Below, one piece after another: positions 39,778-50,059 of a stretch of DNA of 64,000 nt. How positions within the stretch are numbered: position 1 is the stretch's first letter; every line of letters starts with the position of its first letter. The notes under the pieces were generated by a model. It was not told the origin of the DNA, made no database searches, and was given only the letters and a program-made list of their open reading frames with translations. The stretch lies in assembly GCA_958296045.1 (NCBI GenBank), contig CATQHT010000001.1:773395-837394 (forward strand). The letters run 5' to 3'. The translations under genes were made by a program, and so were the position numbers. Source of the DNA: Rhodothermales bacterium (GTDB lineage: Bacteria > Bacteroidota > Rhodothermia > Rhodothermales > Bin80).

Positions 39778-40806
39778 CTACCACACGATGATGCCGATGC
39801 CTCCTTGTCCGCAGATATCTGTGCAGTGCGACAACTCTGGCAAATCGATGCCTGCTTGTGCCTGGAATTCACACACGCGCGCGTCAAACGCATCCTGGAA
39901 GCGCAACAGCTCGCCGGGAGCTGCCACGCTGGCCGCAGAAGCCAGTGCATCGGCCTCCATAGCGCTCTGCGCAACTACTGTGACGCTTCGCCCGTGCGTC
40001 ACCCCCAGACCGGTGCGCGGATCAACGATATGAGAATACCTGACACCATCGGATTCCATATACCGATAGGATGCACCGGACGTGGCAACCCCGCACCGAG
40101 CAAACGACACATCCCCGAAGGGGGCCAAGGTCACATCCCATCCGGGGGCACCAGGCGGAGCAGCTCCCAGAGCTATGTCGCCGCCTGCATCTACGACCGC
40201 GGCAGCAATGCCGTGCGACTGCAAGATGGCCAAAGCCTCATCGGCAGCGAAGCCTTTGGCAATACCCCCCAGGTCTAGCCGCATCCCTGGTAGCAAAAGC
40301 CTGACAGACCGGGTGGCAGAATCCAACTCTAGAAACTGATACCCTACCGCTGCTGTGGCTTCCTGCAACCTGTCAAGCGGTGGCAAACTGTGGCGCCTGA
40401 AGGCCCAGCGCCACAGCCGTGTCAGCGGTCCGACTGTCGGATCAAAAAGCCCGCCGGTTTTTCGGGCCACCTCCTGCGCTTTCGACAACACCACCCACAA
40501 GTCTTGGCTCACCGGGACAGCTTTTAGGGCACCTCCGCTGTCAGAAAGGCGCGAGAGCTCGCTGTCGACACGGTAGTCGCTCAGCGTCAGGTTGAGCTGG
40601 TCGAAACGCGCGAATGCCTGTGCAGCGCCCTGCTTCGCCTGTAAGCTGTCGGCCGCATACAGGACGATGGTAACCTTTGTCCCCATGTGCGGCGCGGCGA
40701 ACGCGAACCGCTCAAGGGGTTGTGCAGCCAAAGGGGCGGCAACTGCGAAGGCAGCGATCAGGACGACGGCGCCCCGCAGGCATCGTTGCCAACGGGCGCG
40801 GATCAA
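39778..40806 (-). CDS. apbE: FAD:protein FMN transferase (ApbE family)
   Basis: 342 aa with a signal peptide and 'HMGTKVTIV', 'SELSRLS', 'GLFDPTVGPLTRLW', 'LDLGGIAKGFAADEA', 'GGDIAL', 'VATSGASYRY', 'SHIVDPRTG', 'EADALASA'. Confidence 0.85.
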   Translation of the reverse strand: MIRARWQRCLRGAVVLIAAFAVAAPLAAQPLERFAFAAPHMGTKVTIVLYAADSLQAKQGAAQAFARFDQLNLTLSDYRVDSELSRLSDSGGALKAVPVSQDLWVVLSKAQEVARKTGGLFDPTVGPLTRLWRWAFRRHSLPPLDRLQEATAAVGYQFLELDSATRSVRLLLPGMRLDLGGIAKGFAADEALAILQSHGIAAAVVDAGGDIALGAAPPGAPGWDVTLAPFGDVSFARCGVATSGASYRYMESDGVRYSHIVDPRTGLGVTHGRSVTVVAQSAMEADALASAASVAAPGELLRFQDAFDARVCEFQAQAGIDLPELSHCTDICGQGGIGIIVW

Positions 40807-42149
40807 ATGCCGGGCTTAGGCACCGGGTAGTAGCCGTCGGCATCCGGCATGACCGGCGGATCATCATCCCAGGCAAAGTCTGTGGGTATCAGCGCCTCGT
40901 CGGAATTCAGTGCGTCCTCCCACAAAATCTCCTGACCAGAATAGGTGGCCATCCGGCCCATGATGGCACTCATCGTGGCGATGGCACCATTCTCGGTGTC
41001 CGCAAACTTGTATTCGCCCGCATTGATAGCCGCAAAGAGCTCGTCGTGCTCGACCTGGTATGGGTTGGGATCATCCTTGTCCTCGTGCTTGTACAGCACG
41101 CTGCCGTCATGCGCCAGAATCTCGCCCCTGACCGGTGCCATGCCCGCGGTGCCGTGGAAGGCTTCCGACACATTATTCGGGCAATTCTCAAAGTGACGGC
41201 ACTGGCTAAGGACGCGACGCCCTCCAGAGTACTCGAATTCCACGAAGTGGTGATCGTAGATTTCACCATGATCCTTGCCTGTTCGCACTAGGCGACCCCC
41301 CTGCCCTTGGGCCTTAACCGGATGCCCCTGCATCACCCAGTTGCCCACGTCGATGTTGTGGATATGCTGCTCAACGATGTGGTCGCCGCACAGCCAGTTG
41401 AAGTAATACCAGTTGCGCATCTGGTACTCCATCTCGGTGAGCGGACGCCCAGCCTCCTCTTCCAGCTTCGCTCTCGAGCGAACCCAGACACCACCGCTAT
41501 TCCAGTAGACACGGCCGACGCGGATATCACCAATCATCCCTTCGTGCAGGCGCCGCACCCATTCCCGGTACACGGTCTGATAGTGGCGCTGCAGACCAAC
41601 AACCACATTCAGCTCCTTGGCTTCGGCCTTCTTGCCGGTAGCCATGATCTGGCGCACACCAGGGGCATCGGTCGCCAGAGGCTTCTCCATAAACACCTGT
41701 TTGCCAGCCTCAATCGCCGCATCAAAGTGGATCGGCCTGAAGCCAGGCGGCGTGGTGAGGATCACCAAGTCGGAGTTCTCGATGACACGCTGGTAGCCGT
41801 TGAAGCCAACAAAGCGCATGTCCTCGGGCACCTCAATCTGGGCCGTCACGTCTGGCGCGTCCTCCTGCGACTGATGCAGGACATTGTAGGTGTCCACAAG
41901 TTGGTCTGCAAAGGCATCGGCCATCGCGACCAGTTTAGCGTTGGGCGCCGCACGCAATGCCTGCATGGCGGCACCCGCGCCGCGGCCGCCGCAACCGATC
42001 AGGCCCACCCGAATCGTGTCATCCACGCCATAGTACGCGCTGGCCTTAAGCGGAAACTGGCTCGCCACGACGGAGCCCACTACGGCGGCGGTCCCGCCCT
42101 TGACAAAGTCGCGCCGCGACATGCCGTGCATCCTCGTGGAGTCACCCAT
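40803..42149 (-). CDS. Gfo/Idh/MocA-family oxidoreductase with TAT signal (periplasmic)
   Basis: 448 aa with 'MSRRDFVKGGTAAVVG', 'RVGLIGCGGRGAGAA', 'TTPPGFRPIHFDAAIEAGKQVFMEKP'. It is a paralog of 33816..35120 and overlaps apbE by 4 nt. The exact start is uncertain (M1/M7/M10). Confidence 0.85.
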   Translation of the reverse strand: MGDSTRMHGMSRRDFVKGGTAAVVGSVVASQFPLKASAYYGVDDTIRVGLIGCGGRGAGAAMQALRAAPNAKLVAMADAFADQLVDTYNVLHQSQEDAPDVTAQIEVPEDMRFVGFNGYQRVIENSDLVILTTPPGFRPIHFDAAIEAGKQVFMEKPLATDAPGVRQIMATGKKAEAKELNVVVGLQRHYQTVYREWVRRLHEGMIGDIRVGRVYWNSGGVWVRSRAKLEEEAGRPLTEMEYQMRNWYYFNWLCGDHIVEQHIHNIDVGNWVMQGHPVKAQGQGGRLVRTGKDHGEIYDHHFVEFEYSGGRRVLSQCRHFENCPNNVSEAFHGTAGMAPVRGEILAHDGSVLYKHEDKDDPNPYQVEHDELFAAINAGEYKFADTENGAIATMSAIMGRMATYSGQEILWEDALNSDEALIPTDFAWDDDPPVMPDADGYYPVPKPGI

Positions 42150-42202
42150 AATGTACCTGGATTGGTTCTGGCTTAACCCAAAAGGTACGAAACGCGGACG
42201 GA

Positions 42203-43240
42203 TTATCCGCCAAGCACCAGCGCCCAGAACGCGGCCTGTTCTTCCAACGTGGGCGGCTTAATTGGTCGCGCCAACCTGAACCCGACAAAGGGCGCGTCCG
42301 TGTTCCACCACATGCTCTTGGGAATCTGCGGGTCCCTGCGCTTCCACTCTCCTTTGGAACGCAGCCGCGACGCACAACGCAGTGCATCGGCTTCGTCGTC
42401 ATAGGCACCACCGCGTACGGTGCGAGGATAAAGGCGCGTGGGCTCTGCCCAAGGATTCTCCGAAGGTATGCGCTCGTAATACGCTGCATCGTACTCGTCC
42501 AGGGTCCACTCGGCGACGTTACCATGCATGTCGTGTAGGCCCCACGGGTTGGGCTTCCTTGTTCCGGCCGGGTGATACCGCTCGCTGCTGTTAGCAGCAT
42601 ACCAGGCGTATGCATCAATGGAATCGGATGGAAAGCTGTGCGCACCGCTTGTGCCGGCGCGGCATGCATACTCCCACTCGGCCTCGGTAGGAAGCCGATA
42701 GAATTGTCCGGTCTTTTCCGTGAGCCAGCGGGCAAACTGGAGGGCAGCCCACTGGGTCATGCCCACAGCGGGGTGGCCGTGCGTGCCCATGCCATGCGCA
42801 GGATCCTCGTAAGGCGGGCTCGGGCGGGCGATGATCGCCGGATCGAATGTCGTGACACCGGGTGCCGCCTCGGTGTTGTCGCGCTCCAGCGTGCGGTACA
42901 CGGCCCATGCATCATACAGCACTTCGTGCGCAGTGATGTAGAAAGGCTGCACGGTGACGCGCCGCTGCGGCCCTTCATCTGGACTTCGTTCCGGCTCCGA
43001 GTCAGGGCTGCCCATCAGAAAGGAGCCCCCAGAAAGCTCAACCAGTACGAAACTGACCTCCGTCCCCGGGATGGTTTCCGTGATGGTGGGTGGCGCCTGG
43101 GCCATGGGCTCCAGCGCTGGTGCCGTGTCTGGCGACCTTGGTTTAGGCGCTAAGTCTCGGGTGACTTGCGGTGCAGTGCAGCCAGCCAAGAGCAGCCAAG
43201 CCGCTATGCCGAGCCAAGCGTTACTGAGCAAATGCGGCAT
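42203..43240 (-). CDS. Formylglycine-generating-enzyme (SUMF1/FGE) family lipoprotein
   Basis: The start is taken at '[21 protein letters not shown]' (lipobox). Motifs '[18 protein letters not shown]', '[16 protein letters not shown]', '[15 protein letters not shown]', 'RGGAY'. It overlaps the upstream gene by 20 nt. Confidence 0.8.
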   Translation of the reverse strand: MPHLLSNAWLGIAAWLLLAGCTAPQVTRDLAPKPRSPDTAPALEPMAQAPPTITETIPGTEVSFVLVELSGGSFLMGSPDSEPERSPDEGPQRRVTVQPFYITAHEVLYDAWAVYRTLERDNTEAAPGVTTFDPAIIARPSPPYEDPAHGMGTHGHPAVGMTQWAALQFARWLTEKTGQFYRLPTEAEWEYACRAGTSGAHSFPSDSIDAYAWYAANSSERYHPAGTRKPNPWGLHDMHGNVAEWTLDEYDAAYYERIPSENPWAEPTRLYPRTVRGGAYDDEADALRCASRLRSKGEWKRRDPQIPKSMWWNTDAPFVGFRLARPIKPPTLEEQAAFWALVLGG

Positions 43241-44219
43241 CAAACGCAGCGACCGAAGGCTTGAAGTCGACGCGCTTGATGAATGCGCACGCCTCTTTGG
43301 CACCATGCTCCCGATCCATGCCACTGTCTTCCCACTCAATAGAGAGCGGTCCCTGGTATCTGGCACGATTAAGAGCGCGAATGATCTTTTCAAAATCGAT
43401 CCTGCCGCGCCCTATCGACCGAAAATCCCAGTACCGGTCGGAATCGCCAAACTCGGTGTGTCCTCCAAACACGCCAGCCGCAGTGGGCCGATCCGACCAC
43501 CATACATCCTTCATGTGGGCATGGTAGATGCGGTCGGCAAAGGCATCAATGAAGGCGACATAGTCCACGCCCTGATACCCGAAGTGGCTCGGATCATAGT
43601 TGAAGCCGAATGCTTCGCGCCGTCCGATAGCTTCCAGCGCCCGACGCGCGCTCGATATGTCAAATGCGATCTCTGTCGGATGCACCTCCAAAGCGAAGCG
43701 CACGCCCACTTCATCAAAGACATCGAGAATGGGGTTCCAGCGCTCGGCGAAGTCATCGAAGCCGGCTTGAATTATCTCGGGCGTGTTCGGCGGAAACGAA
43801 TATAGGAGCGGCCAGATGCTGCTGCCGGTGAACCCGTTTACGACGGTTACGCCTAGACGCGCGGCCGCGCGTGCCGTGCATTTCATCTCTTCTGCCGCAC
43901 GTTGGCGAACGCCTTCTGGATTGCCATCACCCCAGATGTGCGGCGGAAGGATGCTCTTATGGCGCTGATCAATAGCATCGCACACGGCCTGGCCGACCAG
44001 GTGATTGCTTATTGCAAACAGGGAAAGGTTATGGCGCGCCAGCAATTCGCGCCTGCCCTGGCAGTAGTCCTGCTCCTCAAGGGCGCGTCCGACGTCAAAA
44101 TGGTCTCCCCAGCAAGCCAACTCCAAGCCGTCGAAGCCCCATGCTGCCGCCTTCGCAGCCAGCGTCTCCAGGGGCAGGTCAGCCCACTGCCCGGTAAACA
44201 AGGTGACAGGTCGTGCCAT
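43221..44219 (-). CDS. Sugar phosphate isomerase/epimerase (xylose-isomerase-like TIM barrel), cytoplasmic
   Basis: 332 aa with '[17 protein letters not shown]', '[11 protein letters not shown]', '[13 protein letters not shown]', 'IYHAHMKD'. Confidence 0.8.
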   Translation of the reverse strand: MARPVTLFTGQWADLPLETLAAKAAAWGFDGLELACWGDHFDVGRALEEQDYCQGRRELLARHNLSLFAISNHLVGQAVCDAIDQRHKSILPPHIWGDGNPEGVRQRAAEEMKCTARAAARLGVTVVNGFTGSSIWPLLYSFPPNTPEIIQAGFDDFAERWNPILDVFDEVGVRFALEVHPTEIAFDISSARRALEAIGRREAFGFNYDPSHFGYQGVDYVAFIDAFADRIYHAHMKDVWWSDRPTAAGVFGGHTEFGDSDRYWDFRSIGRGRIDFEKIIRALNRARYQGPLSIEWEDSGMDREHGAKEACAFIKRVDFKPSVAAFDAAFAQ

Positions 44220-44236
44220 GCTCTAGTGACTAATCC

Positions 44237-45400
44237 TCAGGCGGGTGGCGTGTACGCGGCATCCACCCATCCCTGGCGGCGGCCGCTTTCGAGTGCGGTC
44301 AGGATAAAGTGGACGCCACGCGCCCCATCCTGAACCGTAGGAAAGTCTGTGTCGAACGGGCCCGGCTCTTGACCCATAATAAGGGCTGAAATCGTTACCG
44401 ACGCGTTGCGGTAAATGTTGGCGAATGCTTCCAGGAAGGCCTCCGGGTGCCCGCTGGGCAGGCGGGAAGCGTGCTGCGTGGCAGGTGATAGGTAATCGTT
44501 ACCACGCTTGAGCACTTGCTCTGGGCCGTTGCCGGTGCGCAGATAAAGCCAGTTGGGATGCTCTTGGAACCACTGCAGCGACCCCTCGGAGCCGTGGACG
44601 CGGATGTTGAGATTGTTTTCTTCGCCGATGGATACCTGTGAGGCGTGCAAGACGCCGCGCGCACCGCCCTTGTAACGTAACAGCATGCTGACGTCGTCAT
44701 CAATCGGGCGCCCGGGCACGAAGGTGGTCACGTCTGCACATAGTGCCTCCAGCTCCAGACCGGTGATGTAGCGTGCTAGGTTGTCCGCATGGGAGCCGAT
44801 GTCTCCTAATGCGCCGGCTCCTGCCCGCTTCGGGTCGGTGCGCCACCCCGCCTGTTTGTGCCCTTTGCGCTCTATCGGCTTCGCCAGCCATCCCTGCGGA
44901 TATTCCACAATGACTTTGCGCACCTCACCTATACGGCCGCTGGCTACCAGGTGGCGCGCCTCCTTGACCATCGGATATCCGGTATAGTTGTGCGTAAGCG
45001 CAAATACGACTCCCGTATTGGACACCATGCGGCAGAGTGTCTCGGCATCCTCGAGCGTATTCGTCATCGGTTTGTCACAGATGACATGGTAGCCCGCCTC
45101 CAAAAACTCCTTCGCTACCGGGAAATGCATATGGTTGGGCGTCACGATAGACACGACATCCATGCCGTCGTCGCGTTCCTTCTCCCACATTGCCATCTCC
45201 TTAAACGACCCGTATGCACGATCCGGGTCCAGGCCTAGCGCCTCACCTTGCAGGCGCGACTTGGCTGGATTGGATGAAAACGCGCCAGCGACCAGGTCCA
45301 TCGTGCTATCCAGTGCAGCGGCCATGCGGTGGACCGCGCCAATAAAGGCGCCCGGTCCACCGCCCACCATGCCGTAACGAAGCCTCTCTCCTAATGCCAT
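44237..45400 (-). CDS. Gfo/Idh/MocA-family oxidoreductase, cytoplasmic
   Basis: 387 aa with '[15 protein letters not shown]', '[29 protein letters not shown]'. Confidence 0.85.
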   Translation of the reverse strand: MALGERLRYGMVGGGPGAFIGAVHRMAAALDSTMDLVAGAFSSNPAKSRLQGEALGLDPDRAYGSFKEMAMWEKERDDGMDVVSIVTPNHMHFPVAKEFLEAGYHVICDKPMTNTLEDAETLCRMVSNTGVVFALTHNYTGYPMVKEARHLVASGRIGEVRKVIVEYPQGWLAKPIERKGHKQAGWRTDPKRAGAGALGDIGSHADNLARYITGLELEALCADVTTFVPGRPIDDDVSMLLRYKGGARGVLHASQVSIGEENNLNIRVHGSEGSLQWFQEHPNWLYLRTGNGPEQVLKRGNDYLSPATQHASRLPSGHPEAFLEAFANIYRNASVTISALIMGQEPGPFDTDFPTVQDGARGVHFILTALESGRRQGWVDAAYTPPA

Positions 45401-45416
45401 GACGGAGTGCCCTTCC

Positions 45417-46283
45417 TTAAAACGTCAATGCTGCCAAATGCTCGAACCCGCGAGTGATGGTTCCAAACGGGTCCTCAGGACGATCGTGCTCAACAAAGTA
45501 ATGCTGCAGTCCAGCGGTAGCACGCTCTTTGAATATTGAGGCGAAGTCGATCGTGCCCTCCCCTACGGTGGTGATACTTTCATCGGGAGCCATATCCTTA
45601 ACATGCCACAGAGGGAAGCGCCCCGGACGTTGAGCGAAGTACTGCAACGCATCCTGCCCGCCTTTGGCGATCCAGTACAGGTCCATCTCAAAGGCGACCA
45701 GCTCATCATCGGTATTGTCGAGGAGGATGTTGAACGGCATGTGACCGTCGATCTCGAAAAACTCAAAGTCATGATTGTGGTACGCGAACTGCATGCCCTG
45801 CTCCTTGCATGCGGCACCCACCTCGGTGAAGAAGTGCGCATTCTCAAGGTACTTCGTGGACGTGCGCTCTTCCTCGGATATCCACGGGCAGACGATATAA
45901 CGGTGCCCGATCGTTTCCGCTGCCTCAAGCACGCCGGCTAGGTCTGACCTGAGCGCTTCGATAGGGACATGCGTCGCAGGTGCGGTAAGCTGCAGCTCAT
46001 CGAGCAGTGCCCGTATTGCATCGGGATCGCGCCCGAAGTACCCCGCGAACTCCAGCTCCTTATACCCCACCTCAGCAACCCTTCGCAGCGTGCCTTCAAA
46101 ATCCTCTTCCATGGGGCTGACCAGCGTAAAGAGCTGAAGTCCAATCGAGGACAAAGAATTCGAACCATCGTTTGGCGGTGTTGTGGGCTCAGAGCTCTGG
46201 TCAGGACCGTCCGTGCATCCGACGCCAGCCAGCAAGGCACCGCCCAGCCCAGCAGTAGCGTGCAAGAATGTCCTTCTATTCAT
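45417..46283 (-). CDS. Sugar phosphate isomerase/epimerase TIM-barrel protein with TAT/lipoprotein signal
   Basis: 288 aa with 'MNRRTFLHATAGLGGALLAGVGC', 'GYKELEF', 'FAYHNHDFEF', 'LWHVKD'. Confidence 0.8.
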   Translation of the reverse strand: MNRRTFLHATAGLGGALLAGVGCTDGPDQSSEPTTPPNDGSNSLSSIGLQLFTLVSPMEEDFEGTLRRVAEVGYKELEFAGYFGRDPDAIRALLDELQLTAPATHVPIEALRSDLAGVLEAAETIGHRYIVCPWISEEERTSTKYLENAHFFTEVGAACKEQGMQFAYHNHDFEFFEIDGHMPFNILLDNTDDELVAFEMDLYWIAKGGQDALQYFAQRPGRFPLWHVKDMAPDESITTVGEGTIDFASIFKERATAGLQHYFVEHDRPEDPFGTITRGFEHLAALTF

Positions 46284-46296
46284 AGTGGATGTGTGT

Positions 46297-46836
46297 TCAG
46301 GCCCATGTGCGGCCTATATCTTCGAAGGGGATGTCTCCATGATACGCGCCATATGGCGCTAGGTGCAGCTCTCTTGTGGCTCCAACCTCTGACGTATAGT
46401 ACCCGGTCACGGTCAGAAACCGCAGATCTTTGTAAAACGGGTGGGACTCAGCTTCTAAGGCGCGCAAGAGCGCTACTTGCTCTGCTGCCGAGCAAGCCAA
46501 CAGTTCCTTTCCGTAACGGGTGCGTACCTTTGCGGAAACCTCATCTAGACCGTCAGTGAAGCCCTGCGTCTCACTTTCCTGGAAGAAGTCGGTCAGCATG
46601 TTGTCGATAAAGGTATGCACTCCGGCCTCGCGGGCACCAGGCGTGTCCGTGGTCGGGATGATATGTTCAGCCAGCACCGCCACGCTTTCGAGCTGATCGC
46701 TAGTCAGCGTTCGGGGCGCAAAGCGCTGGTCATTCGGGTTCGCCCTACAGCCGCTGAGCACCCCTGCAATGGTGGACGAGGATATTGCGCCCCCCATCAG
46801 CCAAGAGATCCACTCCAGCGCGGTGCGCCTATTCAT
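46297..46836 (-). CDS. Gluconate 2-dehydrogenase subunit 3-family (small TAT subunit-like) protein
   Basis: The start is taken at 'MNRRTALEWISWLMGGAISSSTIAGVLSGC'. ~180 aa, with size and composition typical of the small subunit that normally precedes a GMC flavoprotein. Confidence 0.65.
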   Translation of the reverse strand: MNRRTALEWISWLMGGAISSSTIAGVLSGCRANPNDQRFAPRTLTSDQLESVAVLAEHIIPTTDTPGAREAGVHTFIDNMLTDFFQESETQGFTDGLDEVSAKVRTRYGKELLACSAAEQVALLRALEAESHPFYKDLRFLTVTGYYTSEVGATRELHLAPYGAYHGDIPFEDIGRTWA

Positions 46837-47085
46837 CAGATTGCCCGGTGCCTGCAAACTCTGCGGTGGCACAAGGTAAGGCTACCGGCGCAATTGTCGT
46901 GTCACCAGGGCACGGGCTGCTCGCGTAGCGAAGCATAGCGCAGCCTTATATTGGCGGGTTGAAGGCAGGGAGCAAGCGCAACCGTACCTTGCCCCAGAAA
47001 TGTGCAGAATACTTTTGCCTTCCTCTTTCCATTGTTTAACGTTTTACGATACGGCAACAATGGTCCAGCCCGTCTGGTGCGAAAT

Positions 47086-50019
47086 ATGAGAGGTATGGTG
47101 CAGATCGTTGCTACCGCAACCGTAGTCACAGCAGGCTGTGACTTGCAGGTAGCGCACAGGCCACCGCTGAGTCCAGAAGCGGCGTTGAGCACCTTTACTC
47201 TCGAGCCGGGATTTCGCATTGACCTAGTTGCCGCTGAGCCTCTCGTCATGGATCCGGTGGCGATGGATATCGACGAGCATGGACGCATCTTCGTCGTAGA
47301 GATGCCCGGCTATCCGCTCGATAGCGGGGGCTCTGGCCGTGTCAAGCTGCTCCAGGACACCGACGGCGATGGCATGCCCGATGCTGCTACCGTGTATGCG
47401 GACGGGCTGCGCTTGCCGACTGGCATTATGCGGTGGCGCGATGGCGTCATCGTGACGGATCCGCCAGAGGTGCTGTTTTTGGCAGACACGACAGGGGACG
47501 GTGTGGCGGATGTGCGCCGCGTGATGCTGACCGGATTTGCGCTCTCTAATGCGCAGCACAACGCCAACACGCCCGTCTACGGTCTGGACAACTGGATCTA
47601 TATCGCCAACAACGGTCCTATTTCGTGGACAGAAAAGTTCGCGGATCCATTTGGCGACCTCGGCAGCGCCATACGCTTTCCAGACAGTCTGGGAGGGCCC
47701 CGGCTGCCTCGCAATGGCGCGGACCGCAACGTGCGGTTTCGTCCATACACGTTTGAGCTGGAGAATCTAAGCAGCAGGTCCCAGTTTGGTCAGACCTTCG
47801 ATGCCTGGGGGCGCCATTTTCTTGTCAACAACAGCCGGCACCATATGCATGAGGTGATACCGGCCCGTTTCTTCGGCCAGAACGGTGCCACAGCTGTGGT
47901 ATCGGCACGGCATTCCACTTCCGACCACGGCAATGCGGCGCAGGTGTTTCCGCTCACGGTGGATCCAGAGCACCAGCTGCTGACGGACCGGGGCGTCTTC
48001 ACGTCTGCCTGCGGCATCACCTTCTATAAGGGAGGGCTCTTTCCTGCGGTTTACGATTCGGTGACCTTCGTAGCCGAGCCGGTGCACAACCTGGTTCACG
48101 CGGATCTCGTGCAGCCTGATGGGCCGACCTTCGTGGCTCGCCGGATGGCTGAAGGGCGGGAGTTCCTGGCTTCCACTGATTCGTGGTTTCGCCCGGTCAG
48201 CTTCAGCCAGGGCCCTGATGGCGCGCTATATGTGGTGGACTACTACCGCCAGATTGTCGAACATCCAGAATGGATGGATGACAGCCTTGCCGCACACGGC
48301 AACCTGACGCGGGGCACCTCTATGGGGCGCATCTGGCGCATTGTGCCCGACGATGCAGACTCTTTGGACTGGTACGGTGCACTACCGGCACTCAATACCT
48401 CGACGCTCGTCTCCCGCTTATCTTCCCCCAATGCCTGGTGGCGCATGACCGCCCAGCGACTGCTCATAGATCGCAAGGATTCAGCGGCCACGGTGCGGCT
48501 GCGCGCGGTGGCGGACTCCAGCCGTTACGCCTTGGCTCGGCTGCACGCCTTGTGGACGTTGAGCGGTACAGGCGCCGTGACACAGGCGGATCTGAAGGCT
48601 GCATTGGGCGATGCGGCTCCCGGCGTGCGCGAAAGTGCAGTCCGTTTGGCGGAGCTATACCCGGCACTGGAGGCGGACCTAGTAGCGTTGGCCGACGATC
48701 TGGATCCGCGTGTACGGTTCGAGGTGCTAGGAGCGCTACGCCGTTTTAACAGCATGCGGGCCCGCCAGGCCCAGTTTGCGATTCTCTGGCGTGATGTGGG
48801 CAGCATATGGGTACAGAGCCTGGCGCTCCTGGTGACACGGACTCCGCCCCAGGACATGTTGTGGCGCATCATGCGGCAATCTGCCTTGCCAGAGAGTGGG
48901 CGTGGTCAGCTTATGGAGCGAGCGTCGGCGCTGATTGCTGCTGAAGCGTCCGCAGAAGGACTATGGACCATTCTTGGCGCCTACCTCGATGAGGCTCCCA
49001 TCCTGCGCGGAATAGCTCAGGGGCTGCAGCACCGCGCTGGGCCGCTTGGGGCCCCGGCATCTGAGCGCCGTGCGCTGGTATCGCGCGTGCTTGGAGATCA
49101 CCCAGAGGCCATTGCCGATGCGTCGTTGAGTGTGCTTGCACACCTGGGTTTGGCGGCGGATTCTGCATCCGTGGAGCGAGCCCATTCGCTCCTGATGAAT
49201 CGGCAGGCATCCGTGCTGGTGCGCGCACGTGCCGCCCGTCTGTTGGGGTTGGCAAAGGTACATGGCGTTGCTCTGGCAGAGGTGGCCGCATCCAAAGACT
49301 CGACGGAGGTGCGCATGCAAGCGCTGCAAGCGCTCAGCAGCGCGCCGGGCCTTGCGCCTGCGCACGTTATCCTCGCGGCGTGGCCTGCGCTAACGCCGCA
49401 CCTTCGCCAGAGCGCACTGGCTATCTTCACTACCCAGGAACGCGCAGCGGTGCTGGTGGACGCGATGGAAGCCGGGCGCGTCGTGCCTGCCGAGATCCCA
49501 TGGCAGTACCGGGTCCGCCTGATGCGGGATACGGAAGAACCTGTCAGGTCGCGCGCGCGCGCCCTGTTGCAGCTGCCTCTGTCGTCCGTGCGTGGACGTC
49601 GTGTCCCGACTATGCCCGGGCGCCCTGATCGCGGACGTGAGCTTTTCCTTACCCGATGCGCTGCATGCCACCGAGCGGGGCCTGTAGGTGACGGACAGGC
49701 CGGGCCTGACCTTACCACCGTGCGTCACTGGTCACAGAAGGCGCTGATTGATAAGATGGCCGACCCCAGCCGGCAGGTGGCCAGCGGGTATGAGCAGTGG
49801 ATCATCGAGCAGGCGGACGGTGCCATCCTGCAGGGCGTGGTGATCGCAGAAACTCCAGTCTCAGTGACGCTCGCTACCCCGGATGCATCTTACACGCTGC
49901 CCCAAGAAGCGATTGCCACGATGCGCGTTGCCAGCGAGAGCCTGATGCCGGGTGGCTTGATGGACGGCTTGAGCGAAGCGGAGCTTGCCGACCTGTTAGC
50001 ATTCGTTTTGGGCCGTTAA
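47086..50019 (+). CDS. PVC-type heme-binding CxxCH protein (membrane-bound dehydrogenase-like N-domain, HEAT-like repeats, C-terminal cytochrome c)
   Basis: It has a lipoprotein-like start 'MRGMVQIVATATVVTAGC', the N-domain 'FTLEPGFRIDLVAAEPLVMDPVAMDIDEHGRIFVVEMPGYP', 'DGALYVVDYYRQIVEHPEWM', and the heme motif 'RCAACH'. Confidence 0.8.
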   Translation: MRGMVQIVATATVVTAGCDLQVAHRPPLSPEAALSTFTLEPGFRIDLVAAEPLVMDPVAMDIDEHGRIFVVEMPGYPLDSGGSGRVKLLQDTDGDGMPDAATVYADGLRLPTGIMRWRDGVIVTDPPEVLFLADTTGDGVADVRRVMLTGFALSNAQHNANTPVYGLDNWIYIANNGPISWTEKFADPFGDLGSAIRFPDSLGGPRLPRNGADRNVRFRPYTFELENLSSRSQFGQTFDAWGRHFLVNNSRHHMHEVIPARFFGQNGATAVVSARHSTSDHGNAAQVFPLTVDPEHQLLTDRGVFTSACGITFYKGGLFPAVYDSVTFVAEPVHNLVHADLVQPDGPTFVARRMAEGREFLASTDSWFRPVSFSQGPDGALYVVDYYRQIVEHPEWMDDSLAAHGNLTRGTSMGRIWRIVPDDADSLDWYGALPALNTSTLVSRLSSPNAWWRMTAQRLLIDRKDSAATVRLRAVADSSRYALARLHALWTLSGTGAVTQADLKAALGDAAPGVRESAVRLAELYPALEADLVALADDLDPRVRFEVLGALRRFNSMRARQAQFAILWRDVGSIWVQSLALLVTRTPPQDMLWRIMRQSALPESGRGQLMERASALIAAEASAEGLWTILGAYLDEAPILRGIAQGLQHRAGPLGAPASERRALVSRVLGDHPEAIADASLSVLAHLGLAADSASVERAHSLLMNRQASVLVRARAARLLGLAKVHGVALAEVAASKDSTEVRMQALQALSSAPGLAPAHVILAAWPALTPHLRQSALAIFTTQERAAVLVDAMEAGRVVPAEIPWQYRVRLMRDTEEPVRSRARALLQLPLSSVRGRRVPTMPGRPDRGRELFLTRCAACHRAGPVGDGQAGPDLTTVRHWSQKALIDKMADPSRQVASGYEQWIIEQADGAILQGVVIAETPVSVTLATPDASYTLPQEAIATMRVASESLMPGGLMDGLSEAELADLLAFVLGR

Positions 50020-50059
50020 GGTAAATTTCTGCCGCAACCAGCCGCGTACCGGTAACGAA

